A DNA stretch of 62,892 bases, filler included, from Octopus bimaculoides (lineage: Eukaryota): assembly GCF_001194135.2 (NCBI RefSeq). It is 4 parts of 4 records of this genome, joined end to end, with 100 filler letters (N's around TTAATTAATTAA, not from the genome) between each part and the next. Parts side by side here need not be neighbours in the genome. Positions count along the whole stretch, not along the records: positions 1 to 22,277 come from NC_068986.1; positions 22,378 to 41,530 come from NC_068991.1; 2 more parts are not named here. The stretch is one strand, 5' to 3'. Positions 10,640-23,409 of the stretch are shown piece after piece. Under the pieces are notes generated by a model, which searched no databases, had not been told where the DNA came from, and saw only the letters and a list, made by a program, of their open reading frames with translations. Numbering within the stretch: the first letter of the stretch is position 1; each line of letters opens with the position of its first letter. The position numbers were made by a program, and so were the translations under genes.

Positions 10640-13412
10640 AAGGTCACATGATTGACTTTGTATTAACTTGGAAAGCTGACTTACAAGATTTGTGCAGCCT
10701 CAGAGTATTGCGAAATGCTGATTGTAATACTGATCACAAAATGGTTAGGGCCAAGTTCAAGTTCAGGATCCATAAGAAGATGTGTAGTACAAATGTACAG
10801 GCACCAAACAAAATTAATGTAGAGCAGCTAAAACAACCACAAGTTTTTGCAGTTGTTTCAGAAGAGATGCAGCAATGTTCATTCTGAAGGTTCATGGCAA
10901 TCCTTCCAGGATGGAATATATAAAATGGGATCAGAGGTTTTAAGTTAGAAGAGACAACAACGAGACTAGTTTGATTCCAATGATACAGTGATAAATGAGC
11001 TTTTAACAACAAAGAGATCCACTCATGAAAAGCTTCTTGACCCAAACATTAAGAACAAAGTGCAACTAGAAAAGTTGTACAAGTCTCAGAAAGCAAACTT
11101 GCAAAAAGAACTCAGGAAGCTTAAAGACACTTGGTGGAGAAATTTGCCTGAGGAAGTGCAGGTAGCCTATAACAGGAAAGACATTAAAAGTTTCTATAGA
11201 TTATTGCGGCAAGCTTTTGGACTGCAATCTTCCTGATTTATATGTTCCCTTGAAGTCAAAAGATGGAAATGAAGTTATTAAAAATTCTCCTGGAATAATG
11301 AATAGATGGAGAGAACACTTTGCAGCTCTTTTCTACAATTCATCTGTAATGAACACAGATATCATAAACAACATTCCACAAAGCGAGATAGTGCAACACA
11401 TGAACGATACACCTTCCATTGAAGAAGTAAATCTGGCATTATGTAAATTGAGATCAGGTAAAGCTGCTGGATTGGATGGTATTCCAGTTGAAATTCTGAA
11501 AGCAGATGGGGATCATATTTCATCTGAAATTCATAACCTGATAACTTGAGTTTTGAATGAATCTTCTGTGCCACAAGAATGGGTAAATGGCATTCTAATC
11601 TCTGTATACAAGGGTAAGGGCCTGAAAGCAGTGTGTGGTAATTCTAGAGGGATAACTCTCCTGGCACATACTGGGAAGATACTTTCAAGGATCATGTTAG
11701 ATCATTTTGTTGAGAATGTGTGTCCACATGTGATTCCTGAAGAACAGTGTGGTTTGAGACTTGAGCGAGAAACAATGGACATGATATTTTCTGTGAGGTT
11801 CAAGAGAAATGCTTAGAGGAACAAATGCCACTATACCAGGTCTTTATAGATTTAACAAAGACATTTGACATGCTATACAGGGAGGCACTGTGAATTGTTT
11901 TGTGTAAACTTGGTTGCCCAACACATTTTGTGAGCATCTTTAAGGAACTACACAGGTAGTCTTTAATGATGAGCTATCTCATGAATTTTCTGTAGACAAT
12001 GGTGTCAAACAGAGAGATATTCCTGCCCCTACACTTTTTTCTATTTATTTTCCAACATTGCTTTGGTATGCTTTCAAGGATTGCAACAGAAAAATTGGAA
12101 TCAGATTTCAGACATCTAGTCGTATTTTTAATTTGACCCAGTTTAACTGCAAAGCAAAGATTTTCAAAATACTTGTTAGACAATTACTTTATGCTGATGA
12201 TACTGATTTGTTGGCACACTCAGAGAGGGATATGCAACATTTAATGGACAGATTTTCCACTGCATGTGTACATTTCAGATTCACAATTAGTCTGGGGAAA
12301 ACCAAAGTAATGTTTACTGCCATGTCAGGACAAACATATTCTGAATGAAACATTTTTGTGAATGAAACAAGGGTAGAAGTCATTGATAGTCTTGATGCAG
12401 AGATATACTATCAAATAGGGAAGGGAAGTGTTGCATTTGGAAAGCTTGAAAAGTGAGTATGGGCGGATAGAGGTATTTCCCTGCAGACAAAAATCAGTGT
12501 CTATAAAGCATGGGTATTGTCTGCACTTCTTTATTCAAGTGAGACTTACAAGCGTCATATAAAAATGCTGGAGAGATTTCATCAAAAGTGCCTCAGACGT
12601 ATCTTAAGAGTCAGGTAGGAATGTTTCATACCAGATACAGAAATTTTGTGCATGGCACACTGCAGCTCAATTGAACAACATGTTATCTTGGCTCACATGA
12701 GATGGACTGGACATGTTATTAAAATGAAAGACAAGTGTTTGCCAAAGCATTTTTTTTATGGTGAGCTCAACGATGGTAAGTAACCACAACATAAGCTGAG
12801 GAAAAGGTATAAAGACTGTGTGAAGGAAAACCTGAAGAAATAGGATATGAACAAAAGTGATTGGAAAAATGATGTTCTAGATCGGAACAAGTGGAGAGAT
12901 GCTGTTAGGACTGGTTGCAAGGCTTGGGAGAAAAATATGATTCAGCATTCTGAACTTAAAAGGGCCTGTCGCAAAGGAACAATTGGAACTATAACCAACA
13001 GTGAACATTGGATATGTATTATATGTAACCATGTTCTGTTGTCAAAAGCAGGAAACATGAATCATATGAAGTCACATGAAAATTGTAATGCCCAGATAGG
13101 TAATGATCTTGGACACCAACCACCTCCTATGACTTGTGTCATATGTCAAAAAACTTGTATGACAATACCTGGAAATAAAAGCAATATGCTAGTTCACAAA
13201 AACATTCCTTCAGAATCAGATTTTAAAGGGCAAAGATATAGAAGAAACTTGAATAATATCTGTCACTTGTGTTTTAAATCCTGTTCAGTCAGCAGCTGGT
13301 CCTAAAAGTCATCTAAGGGCTCATCAACGGAGTGATTGTGCTCTGTGATGGGGTGTGGTGTGTGCATTGATGGGACGGCTACCATTTGTTAAGATGAAGC
13401 AATCATCATCAT
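10640..13412 (+). mobile_element. RTE (BovB-like) LINE, 5'-truncated, ORF2 with C-terminal C2H2-like fingers
   Basis: DCNTDHKMV (APE C-terminus), GLDGIPVEILK, EQCG, GVKQ, LLYADD, RWTGHV, FYGEL; short (ATC)n tail; many stops and frameshifts. Confidence 0.9.
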
Positions 13413-13774
13413 ATATACATATTAAAAGTCAGAATACAATATATACCTGTTTGCTTGAAAAAAGAGTTAAAGCTCTCCAAAACCATGTATCTCTCTCTAT
13501 ATGTAAACACACACAGAGAATGTAGCAAATACATTTAGAAAAACAGTCATCCCAATTTGTAAAACTACAAATTGGAGGATAGATATGCCAGTGTGAATTG
13601 ATTTCACTTTTTATGCCAAATTGACACTTAAAGCTCTTCTTTCAAGCAATCAGGTACATATTGTACCCTTACTTTTAAAATATATTTTGCATATTTGGAT
13701 TATGTTTGCTGACCACTTTATCATTATTTTTTTAAAGATAATTATAACTTATTTGAATTCTGAATTATATATAC

Positions 13775-13819
<45 letters not shown>

Positions 13820-14431
13820 NNNNNNNNNNNNNNNNNNNNNNNNNNNNNNNNNNNNNNNNNNNNNNNNNNNNNNNNNNNNNNNNNNNNNNNNNNNNNNNNN
13901 NNNNNNNNNNNNNNNNNNNNNNNNNNNNNNNNNNNNNNNNNNNNNNNNNNNNNNNNNNNNNNNNNNNNNNNNNNNNNNNNNNNNNNNNNNNNNNNNNNNN
14001 NNNNNNNNNNNNNNNNNNNNNNNNNNNNNNNNNNNNNNNNNNNNNNNNNNNNNNNNNNNNNNNNNNNNNNNNNNNNNNNNNNNNNNNNNNNNNNNNNNNN
14101 NNNNNNNNNNNNNNNNNNNNNNNNNNNNNNNNNNNNNNNNNNNNNNNNNNNNNNNNNNNNNNNNNNNNNNNNNNNNNNNNNNNNNNNNNNNNNNNNNNNN
14201 NNNNNNNNNNNNNNNNNNNNNNNNNNNNNNNNNNNNNNNNNNNNNNNNNNNNNNNNNNNNNNNNNNNNNNNNNNNNNNNNNNNNNNNNNNNNNNNNNNNN
14301 NNNNNNNNNNNNNNNNNNNNNNNNNNNNNNNNNNNNNNNNNNNNNNNNGGGAGTAGATAGGATGATATAAATCCAATAAAATATATACTTGTTTTGCAAG
14401 ATTCTTGATGTGAAATCGTGTGTTGAAACAG

Positions 14432-14635
14432 ATATTGTTGTATTTGGGGATGGTCATGTTGCCAGTTTAGCCAATAAAAACACATGCACTATATATTTGG
14501 TGTTAATTTGCTTCAGCTTTATATTACATTAATCGTATTTCGGCCAGAGTTCTTTCGTCACACTTCTGTGACCTCATCAGTAGTCCTTTGCTTTCTTCTT
14601 TCTTATTTGTGTGTCTCTCCTTACTAACGATCAGC
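14432..14635 (-). repeat. Dispersed repeat (PLE pLTR-like), copy 1 of the family also at 55173-55390
   Basis: Reverse complement aligns along its length with 55173-55390. Confidence 0.8.
14542..14586 (-). ncRNA. Minimal type I hammerhead ribozyme motif
   Basis: GGACTA-CTGATGA-G-GTCACA(GAAG)TGTGAC-GAAA-G(AA)C-TC-TGGCC; folded by eye. Confidence 0.55.
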
Positions 14636-14825
14636 CATTTTGTACAAAATCAACTCCTAAGACTTTTTTTAAAAGCCCCTTATTTATTTATTTATTCTAT
14701 TAGTCTCTTCTGCTGAACTGTTAAGTTATGGAGATGTAAACAAACCAACACCAGTTTTCAAGCAGTGATGGGTGATAGATGTGTGTGTGTGTTTGTGTGT
14801 GTGTGTGAGAGAGAGAGAGAGAAAG

Positions 14826-14975
14826 AGGCTTCTTTCTGTCTATCAAATCCACTCACAAGGCTTTAGTCAGCCCAAGGCTATATATAATTGAAACACTTGC
14901 TCAAAGTATCATGAGTGGGATTGAACCCAGAACAATGTGGTTGGCAAGCAAGCTTCTTACCACATGCTTGTGCCC
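14826..14975 (-). mobile_element. tRNA-derived SINE, 5' part, decayed
   Basis: GTGGTAAGAAGCTTGCTTGCCAACCACATTGTTCTGGGTTCAATCCC head shared with other copies in the window. Confidence 0.75.
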
Positions 14976-16855
14976 TTATAGTACACAGTACTATATAGCA
15001 CAAAGTAAAGCATTTTTTTTATTTCCTTTGAACAGTTCTCAAATTTGCTGAACATAGACCTAGAAATCTCAGAAAAATACAATTTAACTGGAAAATACTT
15101 TTATTAAAAGGGTTTTTTTTTTCCATGTTAAAATTATTATGAATGGAACAAGTTTATCATTAGTAAAGACTTTCTTGTGATGAGCCACAAAAGTGAGCCA
15201 TATTAATTAAATCCACATATTAATTAAATCTACTCTTTCACCAAGTAACATATATTTCAAGATTAATTTCAATCTTAAATCCTTGGACAAGAATCAAAAA
15301 TTTCTAATTGAAAAATAAAAAAGTAAAAGAGTAATTAAAAAGGGAAAAAGGTATGGTATGCACAGTATACAAATGTGTGCAAGAATCCTCTCAGAAGGGA
15401 GAACAGCCATCTAGAGTTAATCAAGGATTCCCACAAATTCAAAGTTACTCAGTCTAAGAAGTACCTCATATCCCCTGTTATTTTCTGGCCTGCAAGCATA
15501 TGCTGAGAGCATGTTCATTCACTCAAGTGATGCTGCCAATAATATAAAATAACTAGATACAATAAGGAAAAAAGTTCCATTGAAAAAATATGAACATAGT
15601 AAATAGAAATACATAATTAACATAACATTGTGGTCCCTTTTGTTTATGAAAAATAATAACAACTAAAACATAATACACTACACAAATACTTCATCTTCTT
15701 CACATCCTCCAGCAGCTTCCCACAGATGCGCCATAAAAGATCCTTATTTATCCATTCAACCTGCTAGAAATGATAACCAAATCATCTTCAAGTTATATTA
15801 TATTGTTTTGGAAATAAGCACACATCAGATAACATGGTTTTAAAAACCTTGTTTGAAGAAAGAGACACAATGATTACAGCTAGAATGGATGTCTTTGATC
15901 AGAGCTGAGTTAGGTCTATAGCTAAAGCAATAATAGCTAAAGTGTGTACCTATCCACTTCAGTCTACATAATTTTTGATAGAATAAATAGTGATGGAGTA
16001 TGAGTTAATGGGAAAGTCTTTGAAATATCAATCAGCAATACTATGTGTTCAAGGACATTATTCATTATTTGAATTCTTTCTCTGACATGATGCTAATGTT
16101 TTTTTGTTTTTTTTTGCCCCTTTTATTCCAGGAATAGTAAACACATTCAATGGATACAGTGAAACTGTTGTCTCCTGTCTATTTTTCCTTTTCCTACCAA
16201 AATATTATACATATTTTCAATACAAAGCTTTGGACTTAAATGAGAAATGCTATTAATTTACACAACAAAGTCAACAGAAATAGCAACAAATATATATACA
16301 TACCCAAACATACATATGCACATACACACAGAAGTATGTCATATACACACATATACTCCGATACTTATTTAAAACATATACATACACAAATATACATACA
16401 AACACACACACACATAGATACATGCACATACATATGTGTCTGTTTGTGTGTTAATATGTGTATGCTTTGTATATACATATTAGCACAGAAATACACATGC
16501 ACATGTGTAATACACATGTTGTGTGTATCTATGCACACAAGCATAAACAACTACATCCACATACAAGTACAAATATGTAAGTGTAAATTCCCACAAATAC
16601 ATGCAACATATAAGGATACATGCACACAAACAACAATACCTACACATAAGGAACTTTGTAAATAATTGAGTGCCTTAAGTAGAAGCTAAAAAGCCCAAAT
16701 GACAAATTGTAAAGGAAGTTTCAATTTCATCATAGCAAACCTCAAATTCTTAGAATAACAAACTAAATGGTATTGTCTTGTTAATGGAACTCTTTTTGAA
16801 GAAAATAGATAGAATAAAACACAGTAAAGAATTGCCACCAACAAAATAGCTTTAA

Positions 16856-17075
16856 CCCTTTCATTACCAACCCGGCTGAATCCGGCTCTGGTTCTGAGTA
16901 CAAATGTCCTGTTTTCAAAAGTTTTGAATTAAAATCTTCCACCAAACCTTAGTCACAATTTATGTTCCTAACACTAGCTGAATGATAACTAAGTTATTTT
17001 ACTAAATTCTTTGTTATATTTAAAGTAATTGAAAGAAACACAGAGCATCTCAAAATAAATACAGTAACGAAAGGG
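16856..17075. mobile_element. piggyBac-type MITE (220 bp)
   Basis: TTAA on both sides (16852-16855, 17076-17079); TIRs CCCTTTCATTAC / GTAACGAAAGGG (11/12). Confidence 0.85.
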
Positions 17076-17251
17076 TTAAACTTGATCTGAAATGTTTGTA
17101 ATGTTCACAACCATAAAACTATTTCACTTATGTTCTAAATAATTGACAAGTTTTATATAGAATTGATTTTAGAATGTCATAGACTTCTTTATAACTTCAC
17201 TTTTGTACCTCACCAAATAATCACTATCAATATCATTATTATTATTATCAA

Positions 17252-18324
17252 CTAGCAGAAATACCCGGCGTTGCCCGGGTTAAAGAGAATAATGAAATCT
17301 AAAAACGCCGTCTAGACTACGCATCATCTTTATATATAGAGATGTATATACACACATGCACCCAAACACACGTATATATATATATATATATATGTATATC
17401 AATATAAATATATGACAGTCAATGAAGTTTCGTAAAAGAAGGTGATCATGTACATACTTTCTTGCTGTTGTAATTATAACACCTCATTGTAAACTATGTT
17501 CCTTGTTTTCCCTTGTGGAGCATATACAAATAGGTTTTTTGTTGCTGCCCACTCTTGAGCAGCCAACATACAGTTGTCCATNNNNNNNNNNNNNNNNNNN
17601 NNNNNNNNNNNNNNNNNNNNNNNNNNNNNNNNNNNNNNNNNNNNNNNNNNNNNNNNNNNNNNNNNNNNNNNNNNNNNNNNNNNNNNNNNNNNNNNNNNNN
17701 NNNNNNNNNNNNNNNNNNNNNNNNNNNNNNNNNNNNNNNNNNNNNNNNNNNNNNNNNNNNNNNNNNNNNNNNNNNNNNNNNNNNNNNNNNNNNNNNNNNN
17801 NNNNNNNNNNNNNNNNNNNNNNNNNNNNNNNNNNNNNNNNNNNNNNNNNNNNNNNNNNNNNNNNNNNNNNNNNNNNNNNNNNNNNNNNNNNNNNNNNNNN
17901 NNNNNNNNNNNNNNNNNNNNNNNNNNNNNNNNNNNNNNNNNNNNNNNNNNNNNNNNNNNNNNNNCTCTCTCTTTTTCTGTCTCTCTCTTTCTCTCTCTGT
18001 GAAAGTATCTGTCACTACAGTATCAAAATGTGATTGTTTCAGTTAGTGGAATAGTTTCATTTTTAAAGTGAAAGTATTTGACATGAGTGTTTTTGTTTCA
18101 CTTTTGACACGTAATACTTAAATAGTGGAGGAGATATTATGTTGCTGTGTGCTCGAACTCTGCAAGAAGTTAATAATTTTTTTTGACTAAAACACAACTG
18201 GAACCCTAAGTAAGGCATGTGTAAAATTTGAATGAAATTGGTTGCGTAGTTCTCGAGTTTTAGGGATTCACACAGACAGACAGACAGACAGACAGACACA
18301 CATTCTCATTTTTATATATATAGA
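17252..18324 (-). mobile_element. Helitron remnant(s): 5' TC end, helicase C-terminus, 3' hairpin plus CTAG
   Basis: 5' TCTATATATATAAAAATGAGAATGTGTG at 18324; GQLYVGCSRVGSN/KNLFVYAPQGKTRNIVYNEVL* (about 17475-17581, one frameshift); hairpin ACCCGG-CGTTGC-CCGGGT (17263-17280) then CTAG. 17252-17342 could itself be a 91-bp mini-Helitron in an A|T site. Confidence 0.8.
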
Positions 18325-20889
18325 TAGATGGCAGTTTATCATTGTCATCATTGTTTTAATGTGAAGAAGAATTTTCTATATTGGCACAGCTTCAGTAAAT
18401 TTATAAAATTGTATCTGTTTTGTGTATCACCTGGGAGAACTAACATTCTCACTTATAACCTTTCATTTAGCTATGTAAACAAGCTTCCAAAAAGTAATAA
18501 CAATGAAAATGAAGTGAAACTAAGAATTAATACCTATAGCTGATTAAATTCACAATAGAAAGGTATATTTTTTATAAAATGTATATTTTTATAAAATTCA
18601 TAGCCCACTATCAACTTTCACAGTACCTATCATCCACTCGTCTCTCCTGCATACATCACTCTGATCAAAATTCTTGATACTGAATCACCAGTGTTCAATA
18701 GATTTTATAATTTAATGTTGCATGTGAAAAAGCCTTACTTAAACCATTCATCTTCTTTATTCGTTTCCAATATTGCTCATATTTCACCTTTGGGAGTAAG
18801 CATTTTTCTTGCTTACATTGTAGCAGAGTGGGCTTTTCAAATTGTTGTGGATGCTCTTCCTATTGCCAACAACTCTGCAGGAGCATTATTCCCCTTTGGC
18901 AGAACTGTTATCCATCTATGCGTCATTTGGTTAGTGTAGCCAATTGCTTTACCCTGCACATAGAAACACACTGCCACCTATTACAAAGTTTGTGAGAAAA
19001 TTTTAATCAGTCCCAGCCAAGCCTCCCAAAAAGTCAGATGTAATTTGTCATATCGCTGTCGGAGCTCAACTCCACTATGAGGACAATATCAAAGGAAGAA
19101 ACACTCTAGAACTAAAAAACTATTTACGGACTGTTCGAACATTTATCGTATTCACATTTTACAATATGCAGTAACAGTAAGTGTTACATGTTATTCATGC
19201 TGCATACATCTTATTTGAATTTGTGACCCTATAACAAGTAGCTTGAACTTTTCCACACTGTTATACCACACCTCTAAATACTATACTTGTAGGCTGTCAA
19301 GCAAACCTTGATTTAATTCAATTGTCATTTCCTCTTATAATAAATTACCATGTCCTATTAAGCCTTCTGAACGTTGTTTATTATTGCATTACAAGGTATT
19401 ATACTACCGCTCTTATAAAAAGTCAGATATTATTTTAGTGCCTATCCACTAAAACTCTATAGAGTGTAGTTGTAGCATTTTATCATACCAGCAGCACTAG
19501 ATAGATTGTCTTGTACTCAGCAAAACTAAAAATTGTCCTTTTTTTTTGTTGTTCCCATTCATTTATCCTTTTCTTTCCCACACAGCTGAGTGGAATGAGA
19601 GCAGGAGTGAGTGGATGATAGAAGAAAGGTTAATAAAAGAGAACCAGAGTGATAGGAGTAACTGCATGATAAAAGAGAGAGCAACAAAAGCAAGGGAGAG
19701 TGATAAACAGCTGTATTATGGCTGTTAGTAACATCAAACAGAAACATGATCACAAAAGTTATAACAGAATAACAGAAAAGGGAGTAAAGAAAGAGAGTGA
19801 GAGAAAGAGAGAGAGGGAGAGATAGAGATAGCTGACCACATGTTGTTAAGGAGATTAAATAACACAGTATGAGCAAGAGAGATTTAAGAGTAAATATTTA
19901 ACAAACCACCTTCCTTGGAACATCCAGCAATTGTGTACTTGACTCAAAATTTACTAAGGTAGCATGATAGGGGAAAATATATTCTACAAAGAATAAATCT
20001 ACCTGTAACAACATAAAGTTATTGCTTCACTCAAGCCAAAATATAAATGAAAAAAGAAAAATTCAACAATATACAAAACATCAAGCCCATGTGGTAAGTT
20101 TCTATATGTTTACTTGACTTGCAAGAATTAGCAGTCAAAATTTCCTTAATCACACTCTACTGTTTTCAAAAAGAAACGTCACATTTGATAATAAAGGCTT
20201 GGAAAAAAGACAAGATGTTTACAGCTAGAAAATCTTTGATTGTAGGGCTAAACAATGACAATAGTACATACAGCACGCATTTCTGAACCAAGGAATATTA
20301 AAAATAAGACTGGCAGTCAAATTATTGATTAGCATTAATTCTATAATTAAACTGATCAGATTAAATATAAACCCTTTATCACTCTACCTCTCTTCTAGCA
20401 CAAAGCCTGCACAACAAAGGAAGGATAATCATCATTTTTTTCTATACCCTTTACTTTTTAACACATACCACTCTCTTGCTATCTTTCAATCACTATTGAT
20501 ATCCTTCATTCTCTCACTCCCCTCTCTATCTATCTATCTGTCTGTTTGTCTGTCTAGCTGTCTATCTATTTATCTCATACACATGACACCCTCTCCTATC
20601 ACTCTTTGTTGATAAAGGTCACTTTGTTCATTGTTGACTTTATTACTCTCCCCAACTTCCATTTCCTCTTTTCATCACACTGTCTCCTTTAACATCTACC
20701 TATTATTTTCTTTCTTCATTACTTCCTTCCCTACTACCTGTCTCACCCATCACACTCATACTCTTTCTTCTATTCACCCTCTCCAACATATTTCCTTTGA
20801 ATAGAGACAACATATAGTAAAGAGGATTCTTTTGTATTATCAAGAACATTTCAACTTCTCCAGTACTGCAGTCACAATAAAATAATCCC

Positions 20890-21085
20890 GATACACTGTG
20901 TAAAGTGGTTGATGCAAGGAAGGACATCCAGCCGCAGGAACCTTGTCCAAACTTAAACATATAAGTGAAACACGATGCCCCAACCTATCTAGAACTGCAA
21001 TTCCAAATAAAACTGACTCAGATAGTAATCATCTATCCATTCTATGTCATCATGGAAAACAGATGTAAAATGATGATGATTATGG
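20890..21085 (+). mobile_element. Old RTE-tail-like repeat remnant
   Basis: GTGGTTGATGCAAGGAAGGACATCCAGCCG...ATGGAAAACAGATGTAAAATGATGATGAT resembles 4430-4600. Confidence 0.55.
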
Positions 21086-21799
21086 TAGTTGTAGTAGTGG
21101 GGGGGGGGGGGTAGTACAGCCTCAGCTGCTGTTATAATTACACTACTCTATCAACAATCCCAGTAGAGAAATTACTATTAGAAAAAACCTTCACATTCAT
21201 AAATATAATAAAATAAAACCCTCAAAGTCATGTAAGAGATAACAGATGAAAAATTTTTATCTCATCATTGCTCTGATCAACTGTAAAATTCCTCATCTCA
21301 TACACTGTCTTACAGTCTTTGCACTTTATGAAAGCGAAACAGATGCAAGTTGATCCGGTATAGCATTGAAGAAACCTCTAGAGACTACTATATTCTTTTA
21401 TGTGCCTAATTAACGTCTAATCTAAATACTCACATTGTTAGTAGAATTTGTTGATGAAAGTGTCACAATGTTAAAACAAGAATTCTTCTAAACCCACCTC
21501 TTTATTCAGTCACATTATTTCCCATCTTTAACAATATCCTCTTTCATCTAGATCCCCATTCACTACTGTTTACTCATTATGTTATGAAAAATAGGTAAAG
21601 AACACTGAGATGAAAGTTTAATCTATGACGTTGTATGTATCACTTTCTCTCTCTCTCCCTTTCCCTCTTTAACTCTTACTCTCTATATTTTTATGTTGAG
21701 CGCGTGTGTAAGAATTGCGTTCCAGGTAGAAGGGATGAAATATAAAAGTTGCTAGAAACAACAGCCAAATCTCCCTTAAATCGCACAAAGTAAACAGAA

Positions 21800-22277
21800 T
21801 TTAAAAAATCTAATTACTGCACTGGAAAGTTCAGATCGAGAAAATTCCATTGATGTAAAAAATTTTACGAAAAAGTGGAAAATGTGGATTTCTATAAACT
21901 TTCAAAAAGGCTTCACACAAACACACAATTTCCGATTTATATATTAAGACTAGCAGTATAACAGGACCTTGTCCGGGTGCGACTTATTATGCCATCTACG
22001 ATAAGTCTTGCTAGCTGAAAATCAACTAAAAAAGAAAGCCTTACAACGAAAAAACCCTTATGATGTAAATATGTTCATGATTCAAAAGACGATGAAATTA
22101 ATAGGGAAAGTCTGAAGGCTGTCTTGCGTAAAATTATTAAGCATACGTAAATTTCATCCGTGTAATTGGCTATAGAAATGCTTGTGCAAAACAACTTTTT
22201 GCGCTGCCCTGATTATACATAGCAGGGTAATCCCTTTTAGCAGGAGTTAGGACGGCAAATTTCTGGCGATCTGTTGC
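21800..22277 (-). mobile_element. Two non-autonomous Helitron pieces joined head-to-tail
   Basis: Minus strand: decayed hairpin...GCTAG directly joined to TCTTAATATATAAATCGGAAATTGTGTG at 21950/21949. Confidence 0.55.
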
Positions 22278-22321
22278 NNNNNNNNNNNNNNNNNNNNNNN
22301 NNNNNNNNNNNNNNNNNNNNN

Positions 22322-22333
22322 TTAATTAATTAA
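22322..22333. other. Artificial gap linker TTAATTAATTAA (also 41575-41586 and 55117-55128)
   Basis: Each is flanked by exactly 44 N on both sides (100 bp total) and has stops in all six frames. Confidence 0.95.
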
Positions 22334-22393
22334 NNNNNNNNNNNNNNNNNNNNNNNNNNNNNNNNNNNNNNNNNNNNATAGATATATATATAT

Positions 22394-22535
22394 AGGTGCA
22401 GGAGTGGCCGTGTGGTAAGTAGCTTGCTTTCCGACCACATGGTTCCGGGATCAGTACCACTGCATGAAACCGTGGGCATGTGTCTTCTACTATAGCCTCG
22501 AGCCGACAAAAGCCTGAACAAACTAATAGAAAGCA
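22394..22535 (+). mobile_element. tRNA-derived SINE, 5' part
   Basis: GTGGCCGTGTGGTAAGTAGCTTGC...GGTTCCGGGATCAGTACC A/B-box-like head. Confidence 0.8.
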
Positions 22536-23409
22536 ACTGAAAACCACTGCTAGCTTCAGATTTTCTCAAGCAGATCTATAGTTGTCAACGCTTCTACGCA
22601 CATGAGGAGAGAGAAGAAATTAATATTGAAGCTGTAAGTTTATAGGTGTCTCATGCAATGTCTGACAGTGAAAATCAGGAAATGATAGAACAATTTAATA
22701 GATTTGCTTGAAGAGAATTGTAAGATGCTAACCTTCTCTGGCTGTGATAGATATCAATGAATGTAAGATTACAGCAATTAAAGAATTGCTTAATTAGATG
22801 AGAAATATATATGTACAAATATCGGAATAGACGATCAGAAACTTGGTTCAGTTGGGGGTTTGATTTGCAAGGTATTGTAAGAATTATAGTGGCGGAGATG
22901 TAGATATATTTAATGGGGATAATAATAAAAGTCGCCGCAGAAGAGAGGGTAAGAGAAATTATGCAGCAGACTAATTGTACACATTTTATGATTAAACGCT
23001 TTTCTGTTAAGCATTTAATTTCGTGTGTGGTGCAGGTGTACTCTAGCTTCTCTCGATTATACAAAGGGGTAAAGAATATTGGTGACGCAGAAGTTGGAGC
23101 AGTATTCTAGTATAAGGCACATGCATTGACACAGCATATACAGGTTCGTCTGATTGTGTGTATTTTGCAGTAGATAAATCTAAGAAACAGTGAGCACTGC
23201 CGTGTAAGTGGAAAGTCCCTTTGTAATTCGGATTCGGTTTTCGGTTGTATATATTTCTTTAGTTCTGTTAATATCGTGGAGAAATTATTGACTCCCAACA
23301 ACATTCCTTCCTGAAATTCACAAAGTTAAACTAAAGGTTAAGAATTTAAGTTATTGCAATATCACAAGGAATGCACATACGAACATATCTTCATTTCATG
23401 GTTTAAAAC

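Noticed and set aside
13551-13574. 10-bp perfect hairpin CCAATTTGTA/TACAAATTGG
   Set aside because: Short and AT-rich; expected by chance in 63 kb.
22278-22377. TTAATTAATTAA islands within N runs (three copies)
   Set aside because: Always 44 N + 12 + 44 N = 100 bp; a scaffolding placeholder.
22600-23300. Possible LINE endonuclease remnant (FCGDF-like word on minus)
   Set aside because: Only one or two short motifs; insufficient to call.
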